A DNA stretch of 64,000 nt. It comes from Eubacteriales bacterium (lineage in GTDB: Bacteria; Bacillota; Clostridia; Oscillospirales; CAG-382). The stretch is from contig JAQWDK010000001.1 in NCBI GenBank assembly GCA_028705495.1, positions 159,228 through 223,227 of the forward strand, in the 5' to 3' direction. The notes below the pieces were generated by a model. It made no database searches, had not been told where the DNA came from, and was given only the letters and a program-made list of their open reading frames with translations. The position numbers and the translations under genes are program-made. The first letter of the stretch is position 1. Each line of letters starts with the position of its first letter. Shown here one piece after another: positions 19,728 to 29,332 of this stretch.

Positions 19728-21206
19728 ATGTCAGAATCATTATATAAAAAAGCTGTATCTAACACTGTAAAAATGCTGTTGTCTTCTGGAATTGTATTTG
19801 TTATCCAGTTCTTAACGATGATAATATTAGCGAGAATTTACAGTCCAGATGAATTTGGCTTATTAAGCAAGATTACTATTATAACAAGCTTTGCTGATGT
19901 ATTTTGTCAGCTTGGATTAGGCGCTGCCATTGTTCAAAAAAAAGAGTGTACAGAAAATGATTATAAAACAGTAGCATTTACATCAATAATCTTGGGAGCA
20001 ATAACGACGTGTATTGTAGGTTTATTTTCAGTGCCTATATCAGAAATGGTAAAAATTGAAAATTATTCCTTCTTAAAGCTAATCGCGCCGGCATTTTTGA
20101 TAATGTCTATTTCTGTGCTTCCGACAGCCAGGCTTCAAAAAGATATGCGCTTTAATATAATCGTTGCGAAAGATATCATTTCCTATCTTTGTTACGCTGT
20201 AACCTGTATCGTGCTTGGAATTTTTGGTTTGGGGATAGTTGGTCTGATATTAGGCTTATTGGCTAAGTATATTATTTCAACATTAATCATTATTGTCTAT
20301 GGCAAATATCCTTTATCTATGAAATTTTATCGTGCATCCTTTATGAGCATGTTCAAATTCGGAACAGGATTTTCATTGTGTAAAATATGTAGTGTGGCAA
20401 CAGATCAAAGTGATTATTATGCAATTGCCAGAACCTTAGATAATACCAATCTTGGATTGTATAATAAAGCGTTTCAATTAATATCAACACCGATTTCATT
20501 AATTGGACAAGGCATCGATCAAGTATTCTTTTCGTCTTTTTCGAAAATACAAAATGATGAAAAAAGGATCGGTGATTTATTTATAAGTGTTTCAGCTGTT
20601 ACGGGGTTGGTTTGTTCGATTGTATCTGTCTGCTTTTTCTATAGTTCGGGAATCATCGTAAATTTGTTATTCGGTAAAGAATGGATAAACGCAACTGTTC
20701 CAATATCAATACTCAGCCTTGCTATTTTTTGCAGATCTTCAATAAAAATAACTGATCCAATTATGCGAGCTAAGGGGTATGTTTATCCGCGTGCGTTATT
20801 TCATTGTATAAATACAATCCTTACAGTTTTCGCAGCTTTTTGCGGAAGTTCATATGGTTTACTTGGTATTTCGATTGGCGTTGTTATTGCCCAGATTATG
20901 AACTATTTTATCAATGTATTCTACATATCGCGTAAACTGCATATTGATATTGTTCGCTATATGCGGTCAACATTACCTTCAATGATTATTACAAGTATAG
21001 CCGGATTGATTGGGTATTCACTCGGAATAACGGATTCTATCTGGAATGGTGTATATAGCGCACCATGTTGGATTTTTATAATAGTAACTATTGTTATTGT
21101 GTTGGCTTTTTGCTTATTAATATATCGTACTTGTTTGGATAAACAGTCTAAAGACGAGGTAAACCGCTTTTATGCGACGCTAAAATCTATATTATTTAAA
21201 AATTAG
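19728..21206 (+). CDS. wzx: Wzx-type oligosaccharide flippase (MOP superfamily)
   Basis: A 492-aa protein with about 12-14 TM in a polysaccharide-locus context. Confidence 0.7.
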   Translation: MSESLYKKAVSNTVKMLLSSGIVFVIQFLTMIILARIYSPDEFGLLSKITIITSFADVFCQLGLGAAIVQKKECTENDYKTVAFTSIILGAITTCIVGLFSVPISEMVKIENYSFLKLIAPAFLIMSISVLPTARLQKDMRFNIIVAKDIISYLCYAVTCIVLGIFGLGIVGLILGLLAKYIISTLIIIVYGKYPLSMKFYRASFMSMFKFGTGFSLCKICSVATDQSDYYAIARTLDNTNLGLYNKAFQLISTPISLIGQGIDQVFFSSFSKIQNDEKRIGDLFISVSAVTGLVCSIVSVCFFYSSGIIVNLLFGKEWINATVPISILSLAIFCRSSIKITDPIMRAKGYVYPRALFHCINTILTVFAAFCGSSYGLLGISIGVVIAQIMNYFINVFYISRKLHIDIVRYMRSTLPSMIITSIAGLIGYSLGITDSIWNGVYSAPCWIFIIVTIVIVLAFCLLIYRTCLDKQSKDEVNRFYATLKSILFKN

Positions 21207-21233
21207 TAAAAAATAAATTAAAGAAGGTGCGAT

Positions 21234-22352
21234 GTGATTGACATTTTATATTATGCGGAAGAACTAAATGTCGGCGGTGTCGAAAACATGATGTTGCAAT
21301 GGGTTGAACATGTAGATTCAAATATTCATATTGATTTATTCGTAAGAGAAGTTATAGATGAAACAATGCGTAATCGTTTTACTGCGGTCGGGTGTGAAGT
21401 ATATGAAGCGAAGTGTTCAGTAAAGAATTTTGTAAAGAAAGCACATGAATTATCGAAAGTATTCAAGCAAAAAAAGTATGATATTATTCATATACACACT
21501 TCATTGGCGACAGACTTTCTTGTTCTTGCAATTGCTAAAAGATATGGCGTAAAACATCGAATTACTCACAGTCATAACGTGCCGATAATACCACGGTTTA
21601 TAACACGTTGGGCGGATAAAATATGTAAACCACTTCTTCGGCATTATACAACGGACTTTTTTGGCTGTAGCAAACAGGCGGCGATTGCTCTATTTGGTAA
21701 TAAGAAAAAATATATTGGTAAGTATACAGTTATCAAGAACGGTATCGATGTGGAACGATTCAAATTCTCTATGCAAAACAGAAATGATATACGTAAAGAG
21801 TTCCTTATTGCTGATGATGATTATGTAATTGGTTCTGTCGGTCGCCTTGATTTTCAAAAGAATTACGAATATTTATTGAGAATAGTCGCAGGTTTAAATC
21901 TTGAACAATGCAAATTAAAGGTATTGATTATCGGAGATGGGTATGAAAGAGAAGCATTGCAAGTATATGCAAAAGCTCATAACATTAATTTACTGTTACC
22001 AGGTAAACGAAATGATGTAAATAAAGTTTTAAGCTGCTTCGATCTATTTGTCCTTACAAGCAGATATGAAGGATTCCCAGTTGTAATGATGGAAGCACAG
22101 GCAAACGGATTGGATGGCGTGGTTTCCGAAGCGATACCGGAAGAAGCAATCTTTGGGGAGAACATAAGAAGAATTGATTTATCAAATGAAAAGCTTTGGC
22201 TTGATTATATTATTGAACATATCAATATCAAAAATAATGAATTTGAAAAACGTTCCAATAGGCATAAAGGTGTCATAAACGCTGGATATGAAATAAATAA
22301 TTGTGCAAAAACCATGATACAATTTTATTTTCAATTGAAAGAATTGAATTAA
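21234..22352 (+). CDS. GT4 (group 1) glycosyltransferase
   Basis: E-x7-E region SRYEGFPVVMMEAQANGL; GTG start. Confidence 0.75.
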   Translation: MIDILYYAEELNVGGVENMMLQWVEHVDSNIHIDLFVREVIDETMRNRFTAVGCEVYEAKCSVKNFVKKAHELSKVFKQKKYDIIHIHTSLATDFLVLAIAKRYGVKHRITHSHNVPIIPRFITRWADKICKPLLRHYTTDFFGCSKQAAIALFGNKKKYIGKYTVIKNGIDVERFKFSMQNRNDIRKEFLIADDDYVIGSVGRLDFQKNYEYLLRIVAGLNLEQCKLKVLIIGDGYEREALQVYAKAHNINLLLPGKRNDVNKVLSCFDLFVLTSRYEGFPVVMMEAQANGLDGVVSEAIPEEAIFGENIRRIDLSNEKLWLDYIIEHINIKNNEFEKRSNRHKGVINAGYEINNCAKTMIQFYFQLKELN

Positions 22353-22384
22353 TATTACATATATTAACAAGGATGATATTTCAT

Positions 22385-23746
22385 ATGAATGTAGTAATCG
22401 ATAGTACGGAAAAGAACAAGCGTAGCAACATTCTTGTAATAATGTTTTGCTCTATTACATGTGGTGCTCTATTCGCTTTAAAAAGCTCGCCATATGCATT
22501 GATAATATATGGAATAATTGCTATCATATCTCTTTTTAGTAAAAATAGATATATACCATTCATTATGATAGGCTCCAGTAATTACCTGCCAGCTGTATAT
22601 GGGATATCACCTCTTGTCTTCTGCACAATATTATTATTGCTAGTGTTAATGAAAGCCATGATCTTAAAAAGAAGCATTAGATTCGCCAAGTTTCCCACAT
22701 CATATCCCATACTGCTATTAATAATGATTGCTTGGAGTTTTATAACGGGAACAACTTACAATGATTTATCTTTTTTTGGAGATTTGATTACTATATCAAT
22801 ATTTGTTATAGTACTATATTTGCTCATGTCAAATTGTTCATTAATTACAGAATACATATTACGATATTTTGTCATTGGATTAGGAACTGGATTATTGTTT
22901 ACAGCCCTAATTAAAACTGGAATCGAGCGTTTTGTCAGTACACAACCTGATCGTTTAGCGATTGGAGAACGTGCTGATCCAAATTCAACGGCATTATTAT
23001 TCGCAATATTTTGTATATATATATTTATTAAGTTTTATGATAATTTGAGAAGCAAGAAACATTCTATATTATTCTACGGTATAGTGTTTGTTTTTGGTGT
23101 TACATGCTTGTTTTTGACTCAATCAAGGAGTGCAGCATTATGCCTCTTTATAACAATAGTATTATATATTCTTAATCGGAAAAAGAACATTGAAGATAGT
23201 TTTATGAGCTTCACTTTAAAATCAATTGCTTTAATATTATTTTTATTAGCAATATCACTTTTATTTACTACAGTTACAGAGTTAATTTTTGATTCATGGA
23301 ATGCGTTCTACTATAGACTTCAACATCCTGTATCTCAAGATGGCGAAAGAATATTTTTATTTAAAATGAGTGTAGAGACATTTTTGAAGAATCCATTTAT
23401 GGGTACAAGTTTAGACACTTTTAAATCAAATGTTGGTCACATACCACATAGTGCATTTAGTGATTATATGGTCACAAATGGAATAATTGGAGTGATATTT
23501 TATATATTCTTTTTTATCAGACCAATGTTGCATATTTTCCATATTAGGAAGAATAACAGAGTTAAACTTGAGTTTTATAGTTTTTTTGTGTGTGCACTTA
23601 ACATACTGTTTTATTCTGCATCAAACGAAAAAATAACGTTTTTCTTATTAATAATACTAATATTTTCATTGATTAACGATACTACAAAGGATGGTGATAT
23701 TGTAAGTGAAGAAATTGATCGTACTCCACGGAGCGACAAACTGTAA
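22385..23746 (+). CDS. wzy: Wzy-type polymerase / O-antigen ligase-family membrane protein
   Basis: About 10 TM, with the loop LFLTQSRSAALCLFI typical of the Wzy_C family. I prefer ATG 22385 (after AAGGA) to the track start 22301, which overlaps the previous gene by 52 nt. Confidence 0.6.
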   Translation: MNVVIDSTEKNKRSNILVIMFCSITCGALFALKSSPYALIIYGIIAIISLFSKNRYIPFIMIGSSNYLPAVYGISPLVFCTILLLLVLMKAMILKRSIRFAKFPTSYPILLLIMIAWSFITGTTYNDLSFFGDLITISIFVIVLYLLMSNCSLITEYILRYFVIGLGTGLLFTALIKTGIERFVSTQPDRLAIGERADPNSTALLFAIFCIYIFIKFYDNLRSKKHSILFYGIVFVFGVTCLFLTQSRSAALCLFITIVLYILNRKKNIEDSFMSFTLKSIALILFLLAISLLFTTVTELIFDSWNAFYYRLQHPVSQDGERIFLFKMSVETFLKNPFMGTSLDTFKSNVGHIPHSAFSDYMVTNGIIGVIFYIFFFIRPMLHIFHIRKNNRVKLEFYSFFVCALNILFYSASNEKITFFLLIILIFSLINDTTKDGDIVSEEIDRTPRSDKL

Positions 23747-24779
23747 ATCAAGTAATTATGGCGATTACTTATATGGCGAACTCATATATAAATACCTAAA
23801 AGAAAAAAGCTATAACGTCATATTCTATCAACCGTCTGATTTTTTTAAGAAGCATATACCAGGATACACCGGAATATGTGGTCGAAAAAATCCTGCCGCC
23901 GTTCTTTATGTCCCCGGAGGATATTTTGGTGAAGGACACAATGCAAGTTTCAGAGAAAATATCATACATTTTTTAAGATTCATGCCTCTTGGTATCTGGG
24001 CATCATTTCGACACACCCCAATGGCGGTCATTGGAGTAGGAGCCGGTCCCAATAATTGCAGATTATTAACATATGGAGTTAAAAGGATTTGTAATCATTC
24101 GGAGTTTGTGTCAGTCAGAGATAACATATCATATGAAGCAATAAAAGTTCTTTGTCCAAAGGCAAACCTGTATAACTGTTCAGATTTGATAGTTTCTTCA
24201 CTCCCATATTTGAGACAAAATAATACTAAACAAATATCTGAGATTATAAAAAGCAGGGGCAATAGAAAAATTCTGCTAATCCATTATAGTAATAACAGAC
24301 TTGCGTTGAGTCTGTTTGCTAAGGCTGCAAAAGCATTTATTAAATCTCATCCGGATTATTTTGTTGTTGTATCTTCTGATTCATGTCTTGAGAATGAATA
24401 CGAATTGTTTAGTCGTTTTAAAGAAATATTTGGTGAAGCCTGCGGACACTTTAACTATGATGATCCTGCAGAATTTACTGCACTTTTACAGCAAGCAGAT
24501 ATGGTATTGACATGTAAGTTGCATGTAGGTGTTGTTTCATGTTGCTACGGCAAATCTGTAATTGCCGCTGCATGCCATCCGGAAAAGACGAAGCGATTTT
24601 ATGAGCAAATCAGTACACCAGATCGTTGCGTATCACTATTTGAAACAACCACTGACGAATTAAGTCAACTTCTAGAAAAATTCTATTTAGCCCAGATAAG
24701 AATTCCTGATAGTTTAATTAATAAAGCCCAGATGTCATGGACACTACTTGATAATTTTTTGAATACATTGGATCGGTAA
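23706..24779 (+). CDS. Polysaccharide pyruvyl transferase-like protein
   Basis: The N-terminus LHGATNCKSSNYGDYLYGELIYKYL resembles the G-x-x-N-x-GD motif of the CsaB/WcaK family. GTG start overlapping the upstream gene. Confidence 0.5.
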   Translation: MKKLIVLHGATNCKSSNYGDYLYGELIYKYLKEKSYNVIFYQPSDFFKKHIPGYTGICGRKNPAAVLYVPGGYFGEGHNASFRENIIHFLRFMPLGIWASFRHTPMAVIGVGAGPNNCRLLTYGVKRICNHSEFVSVRDNISYEAIKVLCPKANLYNCSDLIVSSLPYLRQNNTKQISEIIKSRGNRKILLIHYSNNRLALSLFAKAAKAFIKSHPDYFVVVSSDSCLENEYELFSRFKEIFGEACGHFNYDDPAEFTALLQQADMVLTCKLHVGVVSCCYGKSVIAAACHPEKTKRFYEQISTPDRCVSLFETTTDELSQLLEKFYLAQIRIPDSLINKAQMSWTLLDNFLNTLDR

Positions 24780-24818
24780 AATGACAATCGAAAATCTAAA
24801 AACAAAAGAGGGATATAG

Positions 24819-25925
24819 ATGAAAACAGTAATGCTTGTCTTCGGAACACGTCCCGAAGCAATAAAAATGTGCCCGCTTGTTAATGAGTTGAAGACGCGTA
24901 AAAGTATTAAAACATTAGTTTGTGTTACAGGACAACATCGACAAATGTTAGACCAGGTACTTGAAACTTTTAACGTTGTGCCGGATTATGATTTATCAAT
25001 CATGAAGGACAAGCAGACTCTGTTCGATATAACCACTAATATTTTGAACCATATAAAAGAAGTACTTGAAATTGCTAAGCCTGATGTTGTTCTTGTTCAT
25101 GGTGATACATCAACAACTTTCGTAACGGCACTAGCTTGTTTCTATCTACAAATACCTGTGGGACACGTTGAGGCAGGTTTGCGTACATATAACATATATT
25201 CACCATACCCCGAAGAATTCAATCGACAAGCAGTAGGTATTGTCGCAAAATATAATTTTTCGCCTACAGAACTATCAAAGCAAAACCTTATTAATGAGGG
25301 AAAGAACCCAGATACCATATTCGTTACAGGAAACACTGCAATTGACGCATTGAAAACAACAGTAAAACAAAATTATACACATCCAGAATTAGAATGGGCA
25401 AAAGACAGTCGCCTTATTATGATTACAGCTCATCGTCGTGAAAATCTCGGTGAACCGATGCATAATATGTTCCGAGCAATTCGCAGAGTTATGGATGAGC
25501 ATCCGGATGTTAAAGCAATTTATCCAATTCACATGAATCCTGTTGTTCGTCAAGCTGCAGATATGGAACTTGGGGACTGTAATAGAATTCGAATTATCGA
25601 GCCTTTAGATGTGCTTGATTTTCACAACTTTTTAGCCCGTAGCTATATGATACTAACAGACTCCGGAGGAATACAAGAAGAAGCACCAAGTCTTGGTAAG
25701 CCTGTATTAGTTATGCGTGATACGACTGAACGTCCTGAAGGAATTAAAGCAGGAACATTAAAACTTGTTGGAACCGATGCGAAAATTATATATGAGAGCT
25801 TTAAAGAACTTCTTGAAAATAAGGAATCGTATGAAAAAATGAGCCATTCAAGCAATCCATATGGTGATGGTCTTGCTTGTAAACGAATTGCAGATATTTT
25901 GGAGGTAGGTCGTGTTACTTTTTAA
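24819..25925 (+). CDS. wecB: UDP-N-acetylglucosamine 2-epimerase (non-hydrolysing)
   Basis: VFGTRPEAIKMCPL, HVEAGLRT and TDSGGIQEEAPSLGKPVLVMRDTTERPE. Confidence 0.9.
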   Translation: MKTVMLVFGTRPEAIKMCPLVNELKTRKSIKTLVCVTGQHRQMLDQVLETFNVVPDYDLSIMKDKQTLFDITTNILNHIKEVLEIAKPDVVLVHGDTSTTFVTALACFYLQIPVGHVEAGLRTYNIYSPYPEEFNRQAVGIVAKYNFSPTELSKQNLINEGKNPDTIFVTGNTAIDALKTTVKQNYTHPELEWAKDSRLIMITAHRRENLGEPMHNMFRAIRRVMDEHPDVKAIYPIHMNPVVRQAADMELGDCNRIRIIEPLDVLDFHNFLARSYMILTDSGGIQEEAPSLGKPVLVMRDTTERPEGIKAGTLKLVGTDAKIIYESFKELLENKESYEKMSHSSNPYGDGLACKRIADILEVGRVTF

Positions 25926-26958
25926 AGAAAAAATTCTCATGATCACTGGTGGCACTGGTTCATTCGGTAATGCTGTGCTTAATCGTTTTTTACAAACAGA
26001 TATAAAGGAAATTCGCATACTCAGCCGCGACGAGAAGAAGCAGGATGATATGCGCCATGAGTATCAAGCGAAAATGCCAGAACTTTCGGGCAAAATAAAA
26101 TTCTTCATCGGTGATGTACGCGACTTAGCATCTGTTAAAAATGCTATGCACGGTGTCGACTACATATTCCATGCGGCAGCACTTAAACAGGTGCCCTCAT
26201 GTGAGTTTTTCCCTATGGAAGCCGTAAAGACGAACGTTATCGGCACAGATAATGTCCTGACCGCTGCTATTGACGAAGGTGTAAAGTCTGTTATATGCCT
26301 TTCAACTGATAAAGCTGCTTATCCTGTCAATGCTATGGGGACAAGCAAGGCGATGATGGAGAAGGTTATCGTTGCTAAATCTCGCACGGTTAACCCCGAC
26401 AAGACAAAAATCTGCTGTACACGCTACGGCAATGTGTTGTGTTCGCGTGGTAGCGTTGTTCCGCTGTGGATTGAGCAGATTAAATCTGGCAAGCCTATCA
26501 CAATTACCGACCCTAATATGACACGCTTCATTATGTCACTTGATGAGGCTGTTGACCTTGTCCTGTTCGCTTTCGAGAACGGTACAAGCGGTGATATTCT
26601 CGTACAGAAAGCTCCTGCTTGTACGATTGGAACACTGGCTCAAGCTGTTAAAGAGCTGTTTAACACAAAAGATGATATCAGGGTTATCGGCATCCGCCAC
26701 GGTGAGAAGATGTATGAAACACTTCTGACTAACGAGGAATGTTCTGGAGCGATTGACCTCGGAAGTTTCTACCGTGTTCCTTGTGACAAGCGCGACCTCA
26801 ACTACGATAAATATTTTAAAGACGGCGATATACAGCGTAATACATTGACCGAGTTTAACTCAAACAACACTGATTTGCTTAATGTCGAACAAGTCAAAGC
26901 AAAACTTCTTACTTTACGGTATGTCAGAGATGAAATAGCAACATGGGAGAATAAGTAA
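25912..26958 (+). CDS. fnlA: UDP-GlcNAc 4,6-dehydratase/5-epimerase (FnlA/CapE)
   Basis: ITGGTGSFGNAVLNRFL, the CLSTDKAAYPVNAMGTSKAM motif and YGNVLCSRGSVVPLW. At 348 aa it matches the FnlA/CapE family. Confidence 0.85.
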   Translation: MLLFKEKILMITGGTGSFGNAVLNRFLQTDIKEIRILSRDEKKQDDMRHEYQAKMPELSGKIKFFIGDVRDLASVKNAMHGVDYIFHAAALKQVPSCEFFPMEAVKTNVIGTDNVLTAAIDEGVKSVICLSTDKAAYPVNAMGTSKAMMEKVIVAKSRTVNPDKTKICCTRYGNVLCSRGSVVPLWIEQIKSGKPITITDPNMTRFIMSLDEAVDLVLFAFENGTSGDILVQKAPACTIGTLAQAVKELFNTKDDIRVIGIRHGEKMYETLLTNEECSGAIDLGSFYRVPCDKRDLNYDKYFKDGDIQRNTLTEFNSNNTDLLNVEQVKAKLLTLRYVRDEIATWENK

Positions 26959-28103
26959 TGAACATACTTATAACCGGGGCTAAGGGTTTTGTCGGCAAGA
27001 ACCTTGTCGCTTGGCTTAACAACATAAAAGAAGGGAGGGACAAAACCTTCTCTTTAAATACTGACCTTAATATATTCGAATATGATATAGACACAGACCC
27101 AACATTGCTTGACGAGTACTGCTGTTCGGCTGACTTTGTCTTTAACCTCGCCGGAGTGAACCGCCCTAAGGACCAGGGCGAATTCATGTCCGGCAATTTT
27201 GGCTTTGCTTCAACCTTGCTTGACACGCTCAAGAAGCATGGCAACTCATGCCCCGTTATGCTGTCATCTTCAACCCAGGCAGCGCTTGACAACCCCTATG
27301 GCCAGTCAAAAAAGGCAGGTGAGGACTTGTTCTTTGAGTATGCCAAAACAACAGGTGCTGAAGTTTTGGTCTACCGCTTTCCCAATGTGTTCGGTAAATG
27401 GTGCAAACCAAATTACAACAGCGCAGTAGCGACATTCTGCCACAACATAGCACACGACTTGCCGATCACCGTTAACGATCGCAGCGTTGTGATGAACCTT
27501 GTGTACATAGATGATGTGGTTACCGAGCTAATCAACGCGCTTGCAGGCAAGGCAAACAAAAGGGAAGACAACTTTTGCTATGTTCCAGTGGTGCATACAA
27601 TAACCCTCGGTGAGATCGTTGACCTTATTTATTCTTTCAAAGCCAGCCGTGACGACCATAGCGTACCGAATATGGCTGATGCATTTACAAAGAAACTTTA
27701 TGCAACATACCTTTCCTACCTACCGACGGACAAGTTTAGCTACCCCCTTAAGATGAACATCGACGAGCGCGGCAGTTTTACTGAAATCATCCGCACACCT
27801 GAACGTGGGCAGTTTAGCGTTAATATATCAAAACCTGGTATCACCAAGGGAAACCACTGGCACAACACTAAGAACGAGAAATTTCTTGTCGTCAGCGGCA
27901 GGGGAGTGATAAAATTTCGCAGAGTTGACAACGACGAAGTAATTGAGTATTATGTAAGCGGAGACAAGCTCGAAGTAGTTGACATCCCAACCGGATATAC
28001 TCACAACATCGAAAACCTCGGTGAAAGCGACATGGTAACGTTCATGTGGGCAAACGAGTGCTTTGATCCGAACAAGCCTGATACTTTTTTTGAGAAGGTG
28101 TAA
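26958..28103 (+). CDS. fnlB: UDP-2-acetamido-2,6-dideoxy-hexose reductase/epimerase (FnlB/CapF)
   Basis: N-terminal SDR ILITGAKGFVGKNL plus a C-terminal cupin (KGNHWHNTKNEKFLVVSG). The start shares the ATGA overlap with the fnlA stop. Confidence 0.85.
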   Translation: MNILITGAKGFVGKNLVAWLNNIKEGRDKTFSLNTDLNIFEYDIDTDPTLLDEYCCSADFVFNLAGVNRPKDQGEFMSGNFGFASTLLDTLKKHGNSCPVMLSSSTQAALDNPYGQSKKAGEDLFFEYAKTTGAEVLVYRFPNVFGKWCKPNYNSAVATFCHNIAHDLPITVNDRSVVMNLVYIDDVVTELINALAGKANKREDNFCYVPVVHTITLGEIVDLIYSFKASRDDHSVPNMADAFTKKLYATYLSYLPTDKFSYPLKMNIDERGSFTEIIRTPERGQFSVNISKPGITKGNHWHNTKNEKFLVVSGRGVIKFRRVDNDEVIEYYVSGDKLEVVDIPTGYTHNIENLGESDMVTFMWANECFDPNKPDTFFEKV

Positions 28104-28167
28104 AACCTAAGTATAACCTATCAAGTTTCTGATATTGTGTAAATATAACAACAAAGGGAGAGAAGTA

Positions 28168-29214
28168 ATGGACAAGATTGAGTCTTGTGTTATGAAAGAT
28201 GCGAAAATTTCTTTTTGTCCATCTATTGCATTAGAAGTGCTATGCTTCATACAGAAACAATCTCTCGATGATACAAAATGGATGGATAAAAGACAGATAG
28301 ATGAAATAAAAAACATCAACGAACAATTACCTGATTCATTTTCAAATCGGCGTATTGGTATGTCAACATTATCTTTGATTCTTAGCACATACACTGATAA
28401 CCATTTAGAGGATATTTCTATAGATGATTTAATAACTATTTTCAGAAAACCATCTGATATATCAAGTGTTGTAAGAAACCGAATTACCAATGAATATACC
28501 GCATCTTATGTTTACCCAACGCTGGAGTTGCTTTGCGATGGATGGGCAGATAAATATATTGAAAAAATATCTATAATGAAAGAAATCGGATTTGAACAGC
28601 AGTATAAAACTCGGATTCTTCCATTAGTTCAAAAAGAAATTGAAGAAAAAAGTCAGAATATAATAAAATACAATACAGTTAATCTGTTTAATCAAATTTC
28701 AATTCTAAAAAGTCAGCCTTTAGTTGAGAAGGTAAAAATATTTGTTTCTTTTTTCAGTTTTCCGACTGCATTCACACTTTATAAAGGTAATTTTCTGACA
28801 TGCTTTACTGCAAATGATACAGATTTTTTTAGCCTGATTGCACATGAACAAATGCACGGATTCGCATGTAGCGAAACAATTGAATTGTATAAGCAGTATG
28901 TTGCGCAGGATTCTTATCTTACTGAAATGCACAAGCATCTAATCGATGATATGCAGTCAGGAGATGAAGAAGAAATGGTAATGGCAGCAGAATACTATTT
29001 GTGCCTATTAGCAGGTAGTTACACAAAAGAAAAATTGCTGCAATACGCAAAAACACGGTATAACGGATATTGCCCAACCTCAGTTATCTTATTTCATTTA
29101 TTATCAGAAGAAGCGGAATTGCCATCAGATTATAATAAGTGGCTCATTAATAAATTTCAAACAAAACAACTTCCCCAAAATAATATTCCTGAATATTTAG
29201 ACCAGATAAGATAA
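28168..29214 (+). CDS. Unknown protein with HExxH metallopeptidase-like motif
   Basis: ATG 28168 follows GGGAGAG. There is a single IAHEQMHGF motif with a downstream acidic patch, GDEEEMVMAAEYY. I recognise no polysaccharide-enzyme motifs. Confidence 0.55.
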   Translation: MDKIESCVMKDAKISFCPSIALEVLCFIQKQSLDDTKWMDKRQIDEIKNINEQLPDSFSNRRIGMSTLSLILSTYTDNHLEDISIDDLITIFRKPSDISSVVRNRITNEYTASYVYPTLELLCDGWADKYIEKISIMKEIGFEQQYKTRILPLVQKEIEEKSQNIIKYNTVNLFNQISILKSQPLVEKVKIFVSFFSFPTAFTLYKGNFLTCFTANDTDFFSLIAHEQMHGFACSETIELYKQYVAQDSYLTEMHKHLIDDMQSGDEEEMVMAAEYYLCLLAGSYTKEKLLQYAKTRYNGYCPTSVILFHLLSEEAELPSDYNKWLINKFQTKQLPQNNIPEYLDQIR

Positions 29215-29239
29215 TCCAAGATGATTATCAAATAGATTG

Positions 29240-29292
29240 AAACGAGTGCTTTAATCCGAACAAACCAGATACGTATTTCGAAAAGGTGTAAA
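29240..29292 (+). pseudogene. Orphan second copy of the fnlB 3' end
   Basis: Its 53 nt align without gaps to 28052-28104, with 46/53 identical by my count. It encodes NECFNPNKPDTYFEKV* versus NECFDPNKPDTFFEKV* in fnlB. Confidence 0.8.
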
Positions 29293-29332
29293 TATTAGTA
29301 TATTATACTTCAATCACTACATTTGAGGAAAA

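Noticed and set aside
22301-22384. Track start at 22301 for the Wzy-like gene, and the similar long N-terminal extensions at 11436, 28135, 45445, 47930, 54873, 55739, 59584 and 61383.
   Set aside because: The extensions overlap upstream genes or hairpins and lack RBSs. Internal ATGs preceded by GGAG-type sites give sensible N-termini.
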